From Savitreella phatthalungensis (Eukaryota), in assembly GCA_051599415.1 (NCBI GenBank), contig AP039715.1, positions 434,001 to 498,000 of the forward strand: a stretch of DNA of 64,000 nt, given 5' to 3'. Of this stretch, positions 48,124 to 58,203 are shown piece by piece. The notes under the pieces were generated by a model. The model saw only the letters and a program-made list of their open reading frames with translations. It did not search any database and was not told where the DNA came from. Each line of letters opens with the position of its first letter. The stretch's first letter is position 1. A program made the position numbers and the translations under genes.

Positions 48124-48500
48124 GTCAGAACGCTCTTGCTATTTCTGATAATTACAGTCTTGGGCAACATTGTGCAAGGCTCTGGCATCGGGGATTAATC
48201 TGGGGTCGGTCATCAGCGCGAGGCTTGGCCAGCTTGGGGCCAAGCATTAGTGCTACTTGATGCAAGCGAGCCTCAAGCCTGGCTCTCGCGCCACGGGGGC
48301 GGGCTAGGCCACGGAATAGCCACAAATGTATACTGAGGGCGGGGAGCCCGTTGAATTTCCTGAATTCAAGGCCACTCCCGAAGCAAAATCGGCGGGCAGT
48401 ATAGGGCAGAAATCTCGACCCGAATAGAGGCTAGCAGCGCTCCAGCAGGTGTTTGGTAAAGCCTGACCTATGTTTCGTCCCGGAGGAGCGGGATTTTGAC
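48124..48500 (+). ncRNA. Candidate structured non-coding RNA, family unassigned
   Basis: Hand-folded nested stems, including a terminal 5'/3' stem and about ten internal helices; most G-U wobbles form on the + strand; no diagnostic box of a known family recognised. Confidence 0.45.
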
Positions 48501-48503
48501 GCT

Positions 48504-49406
48504 CTATTGTCTGCTTTTGTGCAGCCTCGCGATATGTGCCGGCGTCGTCCTACAGCAGCCTCCGAGGAGGACAGGGCCCGCGATGTGCACCTTCCAACCC
48601 GATATGGTAGCAGCCCATTCATCCGGAGGCATTGCCTCGCCAGACCACGACCGAGAGCAGGCATCCCACTGCTGTCCTGCGTCAGGATAGAGGATGAGTA
48701 CCAGGTCGGCAGATGACACGATCGGAGCAAGCTCGGCGGCCAATCTTGTACCAAACTCTGGTTTGAAGCAATTGACACCTAGTCCCCAGAGGATGCCATG
48801 TGATCGAGAGGCATCTATAATAATCGCACTGATGAGTCCAATCACATACTCCACATCTGCCTCTTCGGCGCAAGAGAAGCTGATCCAGGCATGTTTGTCT
48901 GGCAAGCCAAGTTCTGCGAGCACATTGAGCACAATCGAAGCTTCCGTCTTGTCAGACAGCGTCTCGAAAGCCAGATACTTAACGTCTGACCATCCGTGCA
49001 GTGTTTGTGCGGCTTGCAGCACCTCTTGATAATACTTTCTTAATCGCGCTTCATCTTGTCGCCCGTAACGAGCTTTGTACTCTGTCCCGTCAGACTTGCT
49101 AGCGGCAAATGGACCAATCGTGAAGCAGACATCGCGACCACTCTTCAGGGCACAATCGAGTGCCGCCTGTGCCAAATTGAGGTACTTCAGCCCGCCAATG
49201 GCCCTGGGAGACAGCTGGTATGTCATGGTAGAGACTATGTCACATCCAGCATCAACATAAGCCTGAGTGACACGATCGACTGCTGATGGCTCAATCTCCA
49301 GTGCTGCGGAGGTCCACAACTTGGAGTCTCTAACGAGTCGGCGACTGCCTGAGCTCAAACACGAATCTACAAAAGAGGAGCCGCCGTCGAGCAAGATGAA
49401 CGACAT
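48504..49406 (-). CDS. Homocysteine S-methyltransferase (Sam4/Mht1/MmuM family)
   Basis: ILLDGG, LWTS, DGTEY, LAFETL, GVNC, YPDAG, LLGGCCRTTP (Zn-binding Cys); ATG at 49406. Confidence 0.88.
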   Translation of the reverse strand: MSFILLDGGSSFVDSCLSSGSRRLVRDSKLWTSAALEIEPSAVDRVTQAYVDAGCDIVSTMTYQLSPRAIGGLKYLNLAQAALDCALKSGRDVCFTIGPFAASKSDGTEYKARYGRQDEARLRKYYQEVLQAAQTLHGWSDVKYLAFETLSDKTEASIVLNVLAELGLPDKHAWISFSCAEEADVEYVIGLISAIIIDASRSHGILWGLGVNCFKPEFGTRLAAELAPIVSSADLVLILYPDAGQQWDACSRSWSGEAMPPDEWAATISGWKVHIAGPVLLGGCCRTTPAHIARLHKSRQ

Positions 49407-49807
49407 ACTTACCAAACGACAATCTCTTGATCGCCCTTACCGTGGACTTGACCCGTAGTCGCACAGTCTGCCGGCTTGCAAAAAGCGCTTCGAAACAGTG
49501 CGGTCATGCAAGAGCGTCTGCTCTTCGACGTATGCAGTGTTTCAATCATCGGGTGATCAGCGGAAATCGAAGGTTCGAAATGAACTTCAGTCATATTCAA
49601 GTGTCTGTCTGCGTTGCGCATGTTGATCAAACATCAATGGCATAATCTCTCGTTCCACTTCGCAGTCAGCCGTCGCACATGTCAGTGGCAATAATGTCGA
49701 AGCATTGAGTGGCGGCAAATAATTTGACGCGCCAGAGCTCAGCCTATGAGGCTATATCCCGGATGAAGATCAAAGAATACTGTTCATATACACTGTAATA
49801 GCAACCT

Positions 49808-49950
49808 CGTCGCGAAGGACAAATGCAGGATCCGAGACAAACGGATAAAGGAAAGACTCTGGTCAAACAAAGACGTCGTAAGAGCACCTTGTGTGTCACG
49901 ACCGGTCTAGTCGTCCGTGCTGCCGATATACAATTGTTTACAACATTGTC
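49808..49950 (+). mobile_element. Old degenerate LTR 5' fragment of the same family
   Basis: CGTCGCGAAGGACAAATGCAGGATCCGAGAC resembles the LTR start TGTCGCGGAGGACGGCCGCAGGACCCGAGAG. Confidence 0.45.
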
Positions 49951-50319
49951 TGTCGCGATCACTACGTGGTCCATGTCGATCGTATACGGTTTGCACACGA
50001 TGCCATCACCCCCGCAATTACACTGTCTACGTATGGCAAGGTAGTAGCCCCATATGGAGCTGTTGGATGGTATTGTTCTGTGCTAGGTCCTGGTCTTGGT
50101 GATATCTGGCACGCTGTCTGCGGGCAGCGTGCTTTTGTCCTTCTATGTTTAGGTCCAATCATGCAAGCTGGCAGGACAGCAGGGATCGGGCATGTACAGG
50201 AGTATTCCGGTCAGATGGATATTTCTGGGAATCAGCTGATATTTGTGCTCCCTTCAATCCCCTTCCAGCACAAATGATACCACCAATCCCCTAGGCGTCC
50301 TTCCTACTACCTCTGAGAG
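49951..50319 (-). mobile_element. Solo LTR, inverted and partly degenerate
   Basis: 49951 to about 50200 is the reverse complement of the 3' half of the other copies; candidate TSD TTGTC at 49946-50 and 50320-24; far end tentative. Confidence 0.7.
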
Positions 50320-50385
50320 TTGTCCTTCAAAAGTTGATGTCTAGCAGGCTGCGCAGAAAGCTTTAGCTTCTCAAACTCACTTTGG

Positions 50386-50809
50386 TGTCGCGGAAGACGG
50401 CCGCAGGACCCGAGAGCGACGGACGAAGCGACACGGACACAAGACAGACAACACAGGAGGACACAGACGGAGTCCACCGAGGAACACGGAGAGACATAAA
50501 CAAGCACAAACAGACACGGAGAGACTACAAGACACGGCCTAGGCGGTGGCACCAACCATGCTATATCTGATACATACCACAACTCTGCTGACATGGCAGG
50601 TTGACAGGGGGAGCACAAGAGGACGCGGCATGCCATACGGAGACAGCGTGCCAGATATCACCAACACCAGGACCCAGAACAGAACAATACTATTTGACAG
50701 CTCCATATGCGGCTACAATCTTGTCATACGTAAACTGAGTGATTGCGGAAGTGATGGCGTCGTGTACAAACCGTATACAATCGACCTGGGCCATTGACCG
50801 GCCGCGACA
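50386..50809 (+). mobile_element. Solo LTR (424 bp)
   Basis: TGTCGCGG...CCGCGACA inverted termini; perfect 5-bp TSD TTTGG (50381-85, 50810-14). Confidence 0.92.
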
Positions 50810-51910
50810 TTTGGTCGAGGCTGAAAACCGTGGGAGAGCGCGCCACTTTGTCTCGAGTGCTGCATGGACCGGGGACTGCACATCCTCGGAAGAATTGAGG
50901 TTTGGAGGGCTAGAAAGCTGTGCCAGGCTTGTCGAGCCAATACTCCTTGAGAAAGGTATTGTTCTCTTGCATACATGCACAATGCTATTTTTCTATGTGA
51001 AGGTCTAATCAGAATCCCCAGTTTTAGCAGCTCAGCGCTTGTCTTGCTTTTGCCACCAAGATTCTTTAATACCTATGCTAAAAAGCAATTCTTGACACGT
51101 CTGTCCCCAAATTTGTAAAAAATTGCGAACAAGGTTGTTGAATGCTCATGTATATTGTTAGTGCTTCATGTCTTTTGTTGTTTTCAGGAGTATCCATCTG
51201 CCCGGGACAGCCTTGTGATTGGCTCGCGAACTTTGCAGGACTCACTCGATGTGAGACTAGTATCCTATTCCTCATGCTTGGCGGAATCTGATTCTAACCC
51301 AGAATGCCCATGCCAGAGTATCATCCGCGGGATAGGTGCTGTTACGGCCAGGGACCACACAGTGCGTTGCGGGCATCGGACTATGAACACGTTGAGGGTG
51401 GGCACACAGAGGCTCACTTAGCCTCACGACAGAAAAGTATACGGATGCTTTCGATACCGAAACATGAATTGACAGCATGTGAATACATGTTAATCATCCT
51501 ACAAAAGCCTATGCTTTTAAGTTGTCAAGCAATTTGACGCCCAAGAATTTCTCAATATCCCCCAAAATCTGTTGCAAGTGTCAGCTATGTACAAAATCAC
51601 GTCAGAATGCTGAGTGCACCTGTTGAACTTTGAGTCGTTCTTGACTAGCAACTTTTGCCTCGATAAACTCTGCGTGGGCTTCTGCAACCTGCTGATTCGA
51701 AGAGCATCCTTTATAGCTCAAGCGCCGAGCTTCATTGACATGGAGTTCTTAGCTGCTCACTGTCGCAGAGAAGAGTCGCAGGACCGCGGAGCCGCTGACG
51801 AAACAATCATGACAACAACGCAAACCATGCCGGAGGTCCCGTTGTAACAACTCAAGAAATACGAAGATCACAAACAGCAATAGAAGATTCCCGGTGACAC
51901 AGCTCGCAGA

Positions 51911-52331
51911 TGTCGCGGAGGACGGCCGCAGGACGCAAGAGCGACGGACGAAGCGACACGGACACGAGCCGGACAACACAGAAGGACACAGACGGAGTCC
52001 ACCGAGGAACACAGGGAGATACAGACAAGTACAAAAAGACACAGAGGGACTACAAGAGACGGCCTAGGCAGTGACGCTGAGCATGCTATACCTGATACAA
52101 ACCACAGCTCTGCTGACATGGCAGGTTGACAGGGGTACAAGAGGACGCAACAAGCAGTATGGAGACAGCGTGCCAGATATCTCCAGAACCAGGACCTAGC
52201 ACAGAACAATACTATTTGACAGCTTCATACGGGGCTATCACCTTGTCATACATAGACCGAGTGATTGCGTAAGTGACAGCGTCGTGTACAAACCGTATAC
52301 GATCGACCCGCGTCACAGAGTGGTCGCGACA
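51911..52331 (+). mobile_element. Solo LTR (421 bp)
   Basis: TGTCGCGG...TCGCGACA; TSD GCAGA/ACAGA (one mismatch); colinear with the 50386 copy. Confidence 0.9.
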
Positions 52332-52545
52332 ACAGACGTCATCTGACATGTCCAAGGTGTTGCGGCTGCAACATATTTCAGTTTTGCTGACATTGCAGAT
52401 CTTAAGACACGATCAATGCACGCGAGAGTGCGCAGCTTGCAGTTTGAGAGTGCGCAGCTTGCTATGCAAATAGAATTCACCAACACCTAGTACAGGAGAA
52501 GTACCTTTTGTTAAAGTAGGTGTCAAGCATGATTGGTCAGCTTAC

Positions 52546-52996
52546 TATCGCGGAGGACGGGCGCAGGACCCGATAGCGACGAATGAGACTACACGTACAC
52601 AAACCAGACAACACAGGAGGACTTGCATGGAGCTCAAACAACAACACAAACAGTTTCAAATGCTTACACAAAAGTACAGACACAGAAGAACGGCAAGAGG
52701 TTGGGCCAAGTTGGAGGTGCCAGACCATGCTATAATTGATAGATACCACGACTCTGCTGACTTGTCTGATCACTGCTGACGCGGCAGGCTCGACCCAGGT
52801 ACAGAAAGACACAGCGTGCGAAATACAGAGGGGCGTTTAAGATACCACCAACGCCAGGACCTAGCATGGAACAAGATTATCCAATAGCTCCACAAGGGGC
52901 TACAATCTCGTCATACACAAAACAAGTGATGGCGGAAGTGACAGCATTGCGTACGAGTGTATACAAGCAGCCCGGACAACGAGCGCGGTCGCAACA
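52546..52996 (+). mobile_element. Solo LTR (451 bp), more diverged
   Basis: TATCGCGG...TCGCAACA; TSD CTTAC/CCTAC; shares ACTCTGCTGAC, CCAGGACCTAGCA and GGGGCTACAATC blocks. Confidence 0.82.
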
Positions 52997-55505
52997 CCTA
53001 CGTGTCACTTCTAGATTTATCGTGAACGGAAGGGTTTGCGATGGTGGCTGTGCTGGATCTATACATTTGACACCTTTGACTGCTCCCGAGGAGCTGGAAC
53101 TTGTCAGACATAGTGATTGCGGGACTGTGACTTAGGCATGCATATCTGTTTAGAATATGCCGCGGCCTCTAGGTTAGTCGTGACACCCAAGACTTGAAAG
53201 ATCAGGTTCTCCTGTATCGTCTGATTTGTGAATGTTTTGTTTAATCCGCCGCTCTCGGGTCATGCGACTGTCCCCCGCAACAGCGAGCTGCAACAAGCCT
53301 TTGGTCTTGACAAGCAAGGGAGAATCTGGTGCTGCTGGCGCACACCGGCAGGACATGTACAGACAAAGACGCTACTCATCCTCAGGCTTCTCAGGAAGCT
53401 ATCCAAATTCGACCACTCACGTGCGTGAAATTGTTCGGAATTCCTTATGCGCGTATGCATCGAAGCGTTCCCCTCCCAAGATTGTTAGGCGAGTTAGCTC
53501 GAGGAGCCCTCGTTGCTTGTCGCATCTGGAGCTTTCCATTGCGAAGAAGCACAGCTTCGCTAGTGACGGCTTCGTGGGTAGCGCTTGAGCAAGTGGCCTC
53601 GGGCAATGTGAGAGATTGGACAACTACAGGCTTTCACAGAGACGCAGTCGACGAATCTTATCGGTCACGTGCTTGACCTCATGATGCTTTGCATGTCCGT
53701 CAGGAGCACTTGAGCACCGCTCGATGTCGACGCAGGCTAATTGTTTCTTACACAACGAAAGGAATTTAACGCCTCAGGCCATACGATGACATCGATTCCG
53801 AATGAGCCTTTCGTCCGAGAAGGCGCGCTGTCGAAGTGGATGAATGGAAATATAGTTGTGCCCAATAGCACTTCCTGTCGATTTCCCTTTCATCCCTCGA
53901 TCGCTTTCGATTCCAGGAAAACGTGAGTGGGACGAGAAGAAACAACCATGTGACTGTCATGATCAATCGTATGTCGTCATCATATTTGATTGCATGATTC
54001 AATGATGTGGGCTTGGCTTATACAAGCGATCAGAAAGGCTTGAGCTTGTACTTGTGAAGGTCTCTGGTATTTTTCACGTTGGCTCTAGCTTGGAGCAAAA
54101 GCCCGAGCAGATGAAAGATCGTGTTAGCCGATGACGACATGCCGACATTGCACATCGGCTGCATAGGCTGCATGGGATCCAGCCAAATTGGGAGAATCGC
54201 CTTCTGCATACGCACAAACAACGCCAGCTTCAAGGAGTCAATATGCCCACTGAAGACCAGACAGAATCGATTTGCAGTACGTGATCGAATCAAGGGTCGA
54301 TATGATCTGCGACCTCATCAGCTCGGATTTCCGCCGAGCTTGCAGACAGCATTCGATCAATATCTTTACCTCTTGGACTGTAGGTGAAAGAAATTCTCGA
54401 TCTTCTCTTTTCGTTGTGCATCTTGCAATTCGTCAAGGAGTGGTGGTGCCGGTGGAGCCCTGGCCTCAATTTTTGTCTCAGCCGCTAATTTAAGGTAGTC
54501 AGATCAGCTGCAGGTCAGCCGTTGAAATTGCTCGCCTGACTGACCAGAACGGGCGCAAGCCGGCTCAATTTGGATTTAAGAGAAGCTGTACGGTCGGAAG
54601 TTGAATTGCCTTTACTTCGGGAAAACTCCGAAATGTCTTAGCTGTGTTCAGCTACCGGTAGAAGCGGTCTTAAAAGCCTTATGAAGCTTTCAGATCGACA
54701 TTGCAGCGGACAAAGGCTGTCTGCTTTGTGTGCTTTGCGCTGCAAGACAATGACTCGAGGTGTTGCGCTAAGGGGCACGCTAAGCACGAATTGTCGTTTG
54801 TCATAGCGATGTCTCTCGCAGTGGCCGAAGCGATCCTGGTCAAAAAGGATATGAATTCCTATTGGAAGGCGTGATCCAGTCTGAAATTATCATCGGTAGG
54901 GCACACCACCTCAGGCAGATTGTCATCGGAATATGCTGCCTTGCGGCCTAGTGTGGCCGATGTTCGGACCGCCTTGTCAATCTACGCTCCTTGCGACATG
55001 AAAGAACAACCGTGCATGGTATTCCCTTTGCGCCTCCATGCACCATCGAAATTACTCTATTCTTCCTGCTGAGAGTTCCCTCAGTCTGCGAGCCCTATGT
55101 CAAAGCTCAATGTTAATGTGCACAATGCCACGGCCAGGCTTTAGCGCTTCTGCCGTTGACTGCGTGCAGTGCTGCCACATCATGATCATTAATGCGTCTA
55201 CTGAACAGCTCGGACGACATCGAGCCAAAGCTCGGGCGCGTGACCGTGCGTGTCCACGCGTCATGCGCTCGATAATGCTGGGAACAAGAATGGACCCAAG
55301 CACGGCTAAGAATTCAATGCCAATAACCCTCAAGCGAGCGCGAGCGTCATCTCAAGCGTCAAAGCTCTTGCAACTCGCGTGTGCGCTTTCTTTGGTCCCC
55401 CCCACACATGCTGGCGATGTGACGTGCAACCACTATCCGAAGACTGATAGAACACGCAGCAGGGTACGAGAGCCGTCAATCGGCTACTCTATGTGATGTG
55501 AGCTC

Positions 55506-55512
55506 TATAAAA
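55506..55512 (+). promoter_or_regulatory. TATA box of the cell-wall protein gene
   Basis: TATAAAA about 95 nt upstream of ATG 55605. Confidence 0.5.
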
Positions 55513-55604
55513 GCAGGCTCGTTCGCCGACTACATGTTCACCTGTCACTCGTTCCACCGCGTCGCTGTCTGTCCAAGCAGTCTAAGCACACTTGACGTCC
55601 GGTC

Positions 55605-57059
55605 ATGTCTCTAATCAGCACATTCGCTTGGCTGACAACGATTGCCGCAGCTGGGCCAGTCATGGTGCCGCTTTATCCGCGCGCCGTTACCGTGGCCGGC
55701 AGCGGTTCATGCAGTCTGTCAAACTTCGGATTACTGCCCAGCAATGCCCAGTCGTGCATTGGTGATTACGGAGGTGATGGGCAGCTCTTCGGCAACGACC
55801 ACACACAAGACGATACGCTGCTGAAGACGCAGTTCTCCTTCATCAATGGTCTGCTCACGGCGCTTAATGTCCATGTCGACCCAGCTGACACGAGCGCGCT
55901 TGCTCCTCGCGTCTGCGTGGCGAAGCAAAGCAGTGCAAACCAATTCCAGTGCTCCGGCGACGTAGATGGGCCGACTTCGACGGCATTTGGCTGCAGCAAC
56001 GGTTTGCTGACGTTTCAGAACTCCACCGTCTTCTCGGCATGTGGCCCAAGTGCCGATGGTGGCTACAACTACTTCGAAGGCATAGTTGCAGGATGTAATT
56101 CTGTCACTTTTAATCTTGTGGATTATAACGCCTGTTTGCCACAACCTCCCATTACTTCATCGCCACCAATGCCTTCGACATCTACATCAATTAGTTCGTC
56201 GAGCGTGCCGCTGTCGAGCAGCAGTGCTCTCACGTCCAGCGTTTCCTCGGAAATGTCGTCGATCTCAAGCGCTCCAGCGCTTTCCAGCTCTGAAGCATCG
56301 TCAATGTCAAGCACTGTATCGACGACCAGCTCGTCATCTGAAAACTCTGTATCGTCTGGGTCTTCCATCCCACCGAGCTCCCCCGTCTCCTCAAGCGCAT
56401 CCAGCACAATTTCGATGCCCTTGAGCAGCAGTGCCAGCTCGAGCTTGCCATCTTCGACGCCTATGGCAAATTCGAGTCCAAGCATCACGTCCACTCTTGT
56501 ACCCAATACGAGCGCGACAACCAGTAGCAGTAGCACAAATACTGCCTCAACCTCGAGCAGCTCGCAAGACAGCTCCAGCTCAAGCCCTACGCCGTTCATA
56601 CCAACCCCCATTACTCTCGTCATCTCGACGACTAACACGCCCAGCACATCCCTAATCGTCACCACAATTCCGCAAATACCGTCCGCCACCACAGTGTTGA
56701 CAACCTCCAACATGACCCCATCGACCCCATCGACAATTCCTATCATACCCGCGACACCGCTCACTATCACAACGAGGACGTCAGCTCCACCCGCGCCGAC
56801 GCTGGCGACGCCACCGTCCACGCTTACTCTCACGTCCACAGTAAGGACAACGACGACCACGAGATCCATTGTGCCTACAACAACCCTATCTTCTGCCCTT
56901 CTGACCACAACATCACCTTCGGGCGCCACAACGACCTTGCTACCTGCCGGATCCTCGACCTCGATGCCGTCTCTGCCGCGCGCGAGCGCTGCAGCTCCAC
57001 GCTTGACCGTCTTAACGTGGACTTTGTTCGCTGCAACGGCCGCAACGCTCCTTCTGTAA
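55605..57059 (+). CDS. Secreted GPI-anchored cell-wall protein: Cys-rich PIR-C-like domain plus Ser/Thr/Pro stalk
   Basis: Signal peptide; GDGQ, QFQCSG, FGCSNGLLTFQNSTVFSACG..DGGYN; long S/T stalk; hydrophobic C-terminal tail. Confidence 0.8.
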   Translation: MSLISTFAWLTTIAAAGPVMVPLYPRAVTVAGSGSCSLSNFGLLPSNAQSCIGDYGGDGQLFGNDHTQDDTLLKTQFSFINGLLTALNVHVDPADTSALAPRVCVAKQSSANQFQCSGDVDGPTSTAFGCSNGLLTFQNSTVFSACGPSADGGYNYFEGIVAGCNSVTFNLVDYNACLPQPPITSSPPMPSTSTSISSSSVPLSSSSALTSSVSSEMSSISSAPALSSSEASSMSSTVSTTSSSSENSVSSGSSIPPSSPVSSSASSTISMPLSSSASSSLPSSTPMANSSPSITSTLVPNTSATTSSSSTNTASTSSSSQDSSSSSPTPFIPTPITLVISTTNTPSTSLIVTTIPQIPSATTVLTTSNMTPSTPSTIPIIPATPLTITTRTSAPPAPTLATPPSTLTLTSTVRTTTTTRSIVPTTTLSSALLTTTSPSGATTTLLPAGSSTSMPSLPRASAAAPRLTVLTWTLFAATAATLLL

Positions 57060-57110
57060 GATAACTGAGTACTTAACTAATGTCCTAATGATCTGCGCCA
57101 AACTTCCCCA

Positions 57111-58085
57111 TTACAGCTTGACGAGAAGCTTCCCGGTGGACCGCCTGGACTCGAGATCCTCGTGTGCTTGTCGGATTTCCTCAAGCTGATAGTGTTTGTG
57201 AATGGGTATCTCGATTGAATGCTCGGCAAGCATCGTCCAAAGCCTGCGCGACCAATGGTCCATTTCAGCCTCGGTTGCAAGGTATCCAAAAAGTTGCGGT
57301 CTTGCGAGCGTGATGCATTTAGGCGCCAGCCGTAAGATTGTGAGGGGTTCTACAGCCCCGGATGCGTTTCCATACGACGCCAAGAACCCGAGCCTACGCA
57401 GAGACGCGAGTGAAGTATCAAATGTGGTCTTACCAACGCCATCGAACACGCAGTGTACACCTTCTGGCACAATCTCGAGTACCTTCGCGGCCACGTCATC
57501 ATCAGAGCGAATGACATGATCTGCACCGAGACGCTTGGCAATTTCCAGTTTTGCTCCCGTCGAAGCGGTGGCGATCACAATCGCGCCTTTCGCTTTTAGT
57601 ATCTGAACGAGCCACCCACCCATTCCACCAGCCGCAGCGTGCACAAGTACCCAGTCGTCCTTTTTGACCTTATAAGTAGCCTCCGTCAAGGTGATGGCAG
57701 TGAGGCCTTGGATAAAGCTCGATGCAGCCACCTCTTCCGATATGTGTTCCGGGATTTTCACAATAGCGTTTGTGTCCACAATTGTGTACTCTGCGTAGGA
57801 CCCTGAGGAGGCCGAGTAGACGACCCGATCTCCTGGCTTGAATCGGTCTTGACCCTCGCCAACGGAGATAACAACACCAGCACCCTCCTTCCCCAATGTC
57901 ATGGGGAGCTTTGACGGATAGAGGCCGGCACGAAAATAGGTGTCGATAAAATTTATGCCAGCAAAGCTGTTCCGCACCAGCGTCTGTTTCGGGCCTGGCA
58001 CAGGCACAGGCACCTGCTGCAATTGCATCACCTCGCGGCCGCCAGTTCTAGCGACGCGGACGGCCCGCATACTTGAAGACATCAT
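57111..58085 (-). CDS. ZTA1: NADPH:quinone reductase (zeta-crystallin-like)
   Basis: GINFIDTYFRAGLYP, LVHAAAGGMG, VFDGVGKTTF, YGNASG, STGKLLV. Confidence 0.9.
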   Translation of the reverse strand: MMSSSMRAVRVARTGGREVMQLQQVPVPVPGPKQTLVRNSFAGINFIDTYFRAGLYPSKLPMTLGKEGAGVVISVGEGQDRFKPGDRVVYSASSGSYAEYTIVDTNAIVKIPEHISEEVAASSFIQGLTAITLTEATYKVKKDDWVLVHAAAGGMGGWLVQILKAKGAIVIATASTGAKLEIAKRLGADHVIRSDDDVAAKVLEIVPEGVHCVFDGVGKTTFDTSLASLRRLGFLASYGNASGAVEPLTILRLAPKCITLARPQLFGYLATEAEMDHWSRRLWTMLAEHSIEIPIHKHYQLEEIRQAHEDLESRRSTGKLLVKL

Positions 58086-58203
58086 ATGGTTGACGAGGTC
58101 CCAATGAACGCTGCTGTGCTGAAATACGGGCGCGCTATTTAGTAAACGAAGATCGGCTTCATTTGCGGGGCCGAGCTGCGACACCGGGCGCCCGCGCTTG
58201 GAG

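Larger units (their letters stand above)
51761..53090 (+). mobile_element. Older LTR interrupted by two younger copies (nested)
   Basis: TGTCGCAGAGAAGAGTCGCAGGACC at 51761; LTR-like pieces resume in the expected order after the inserts (CAGTTTTGCTGACATTGCAG about 52380; CACCAACACCTAGTACAG about 52480); right end approximate. Confidence 0.5.

Noticed and set aside
48190..48370. RNase P or U3 on the minus strand (GGAAATTC, ACCGACCCCAGATTA, TGATGA)
   Set aside because: The P4 halves are not complementary, and U3 boxes A and B are absent
48200..48500. Hammerhead ribozyme on the minus strand (GGACGAAAC-ATAG-GTC and CTGATGA both present)
   Set aside because: Stem I and stem II cannot form in register next to the CTGATGA core
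51240..51425. RNase MRP 3' motif look-alike (CACACAGAGGCTCA)
   Set aside because: No matching upstream GAAAGUCC-type P4 strand
49808..53090. CRISPR-like or tandem satellite array
   Set aside because: Units are about 420-450 bp, irregularly spaced, with TG..CA ends and TSDs, so they are solo LTRs; the short ORFs over them are spurious
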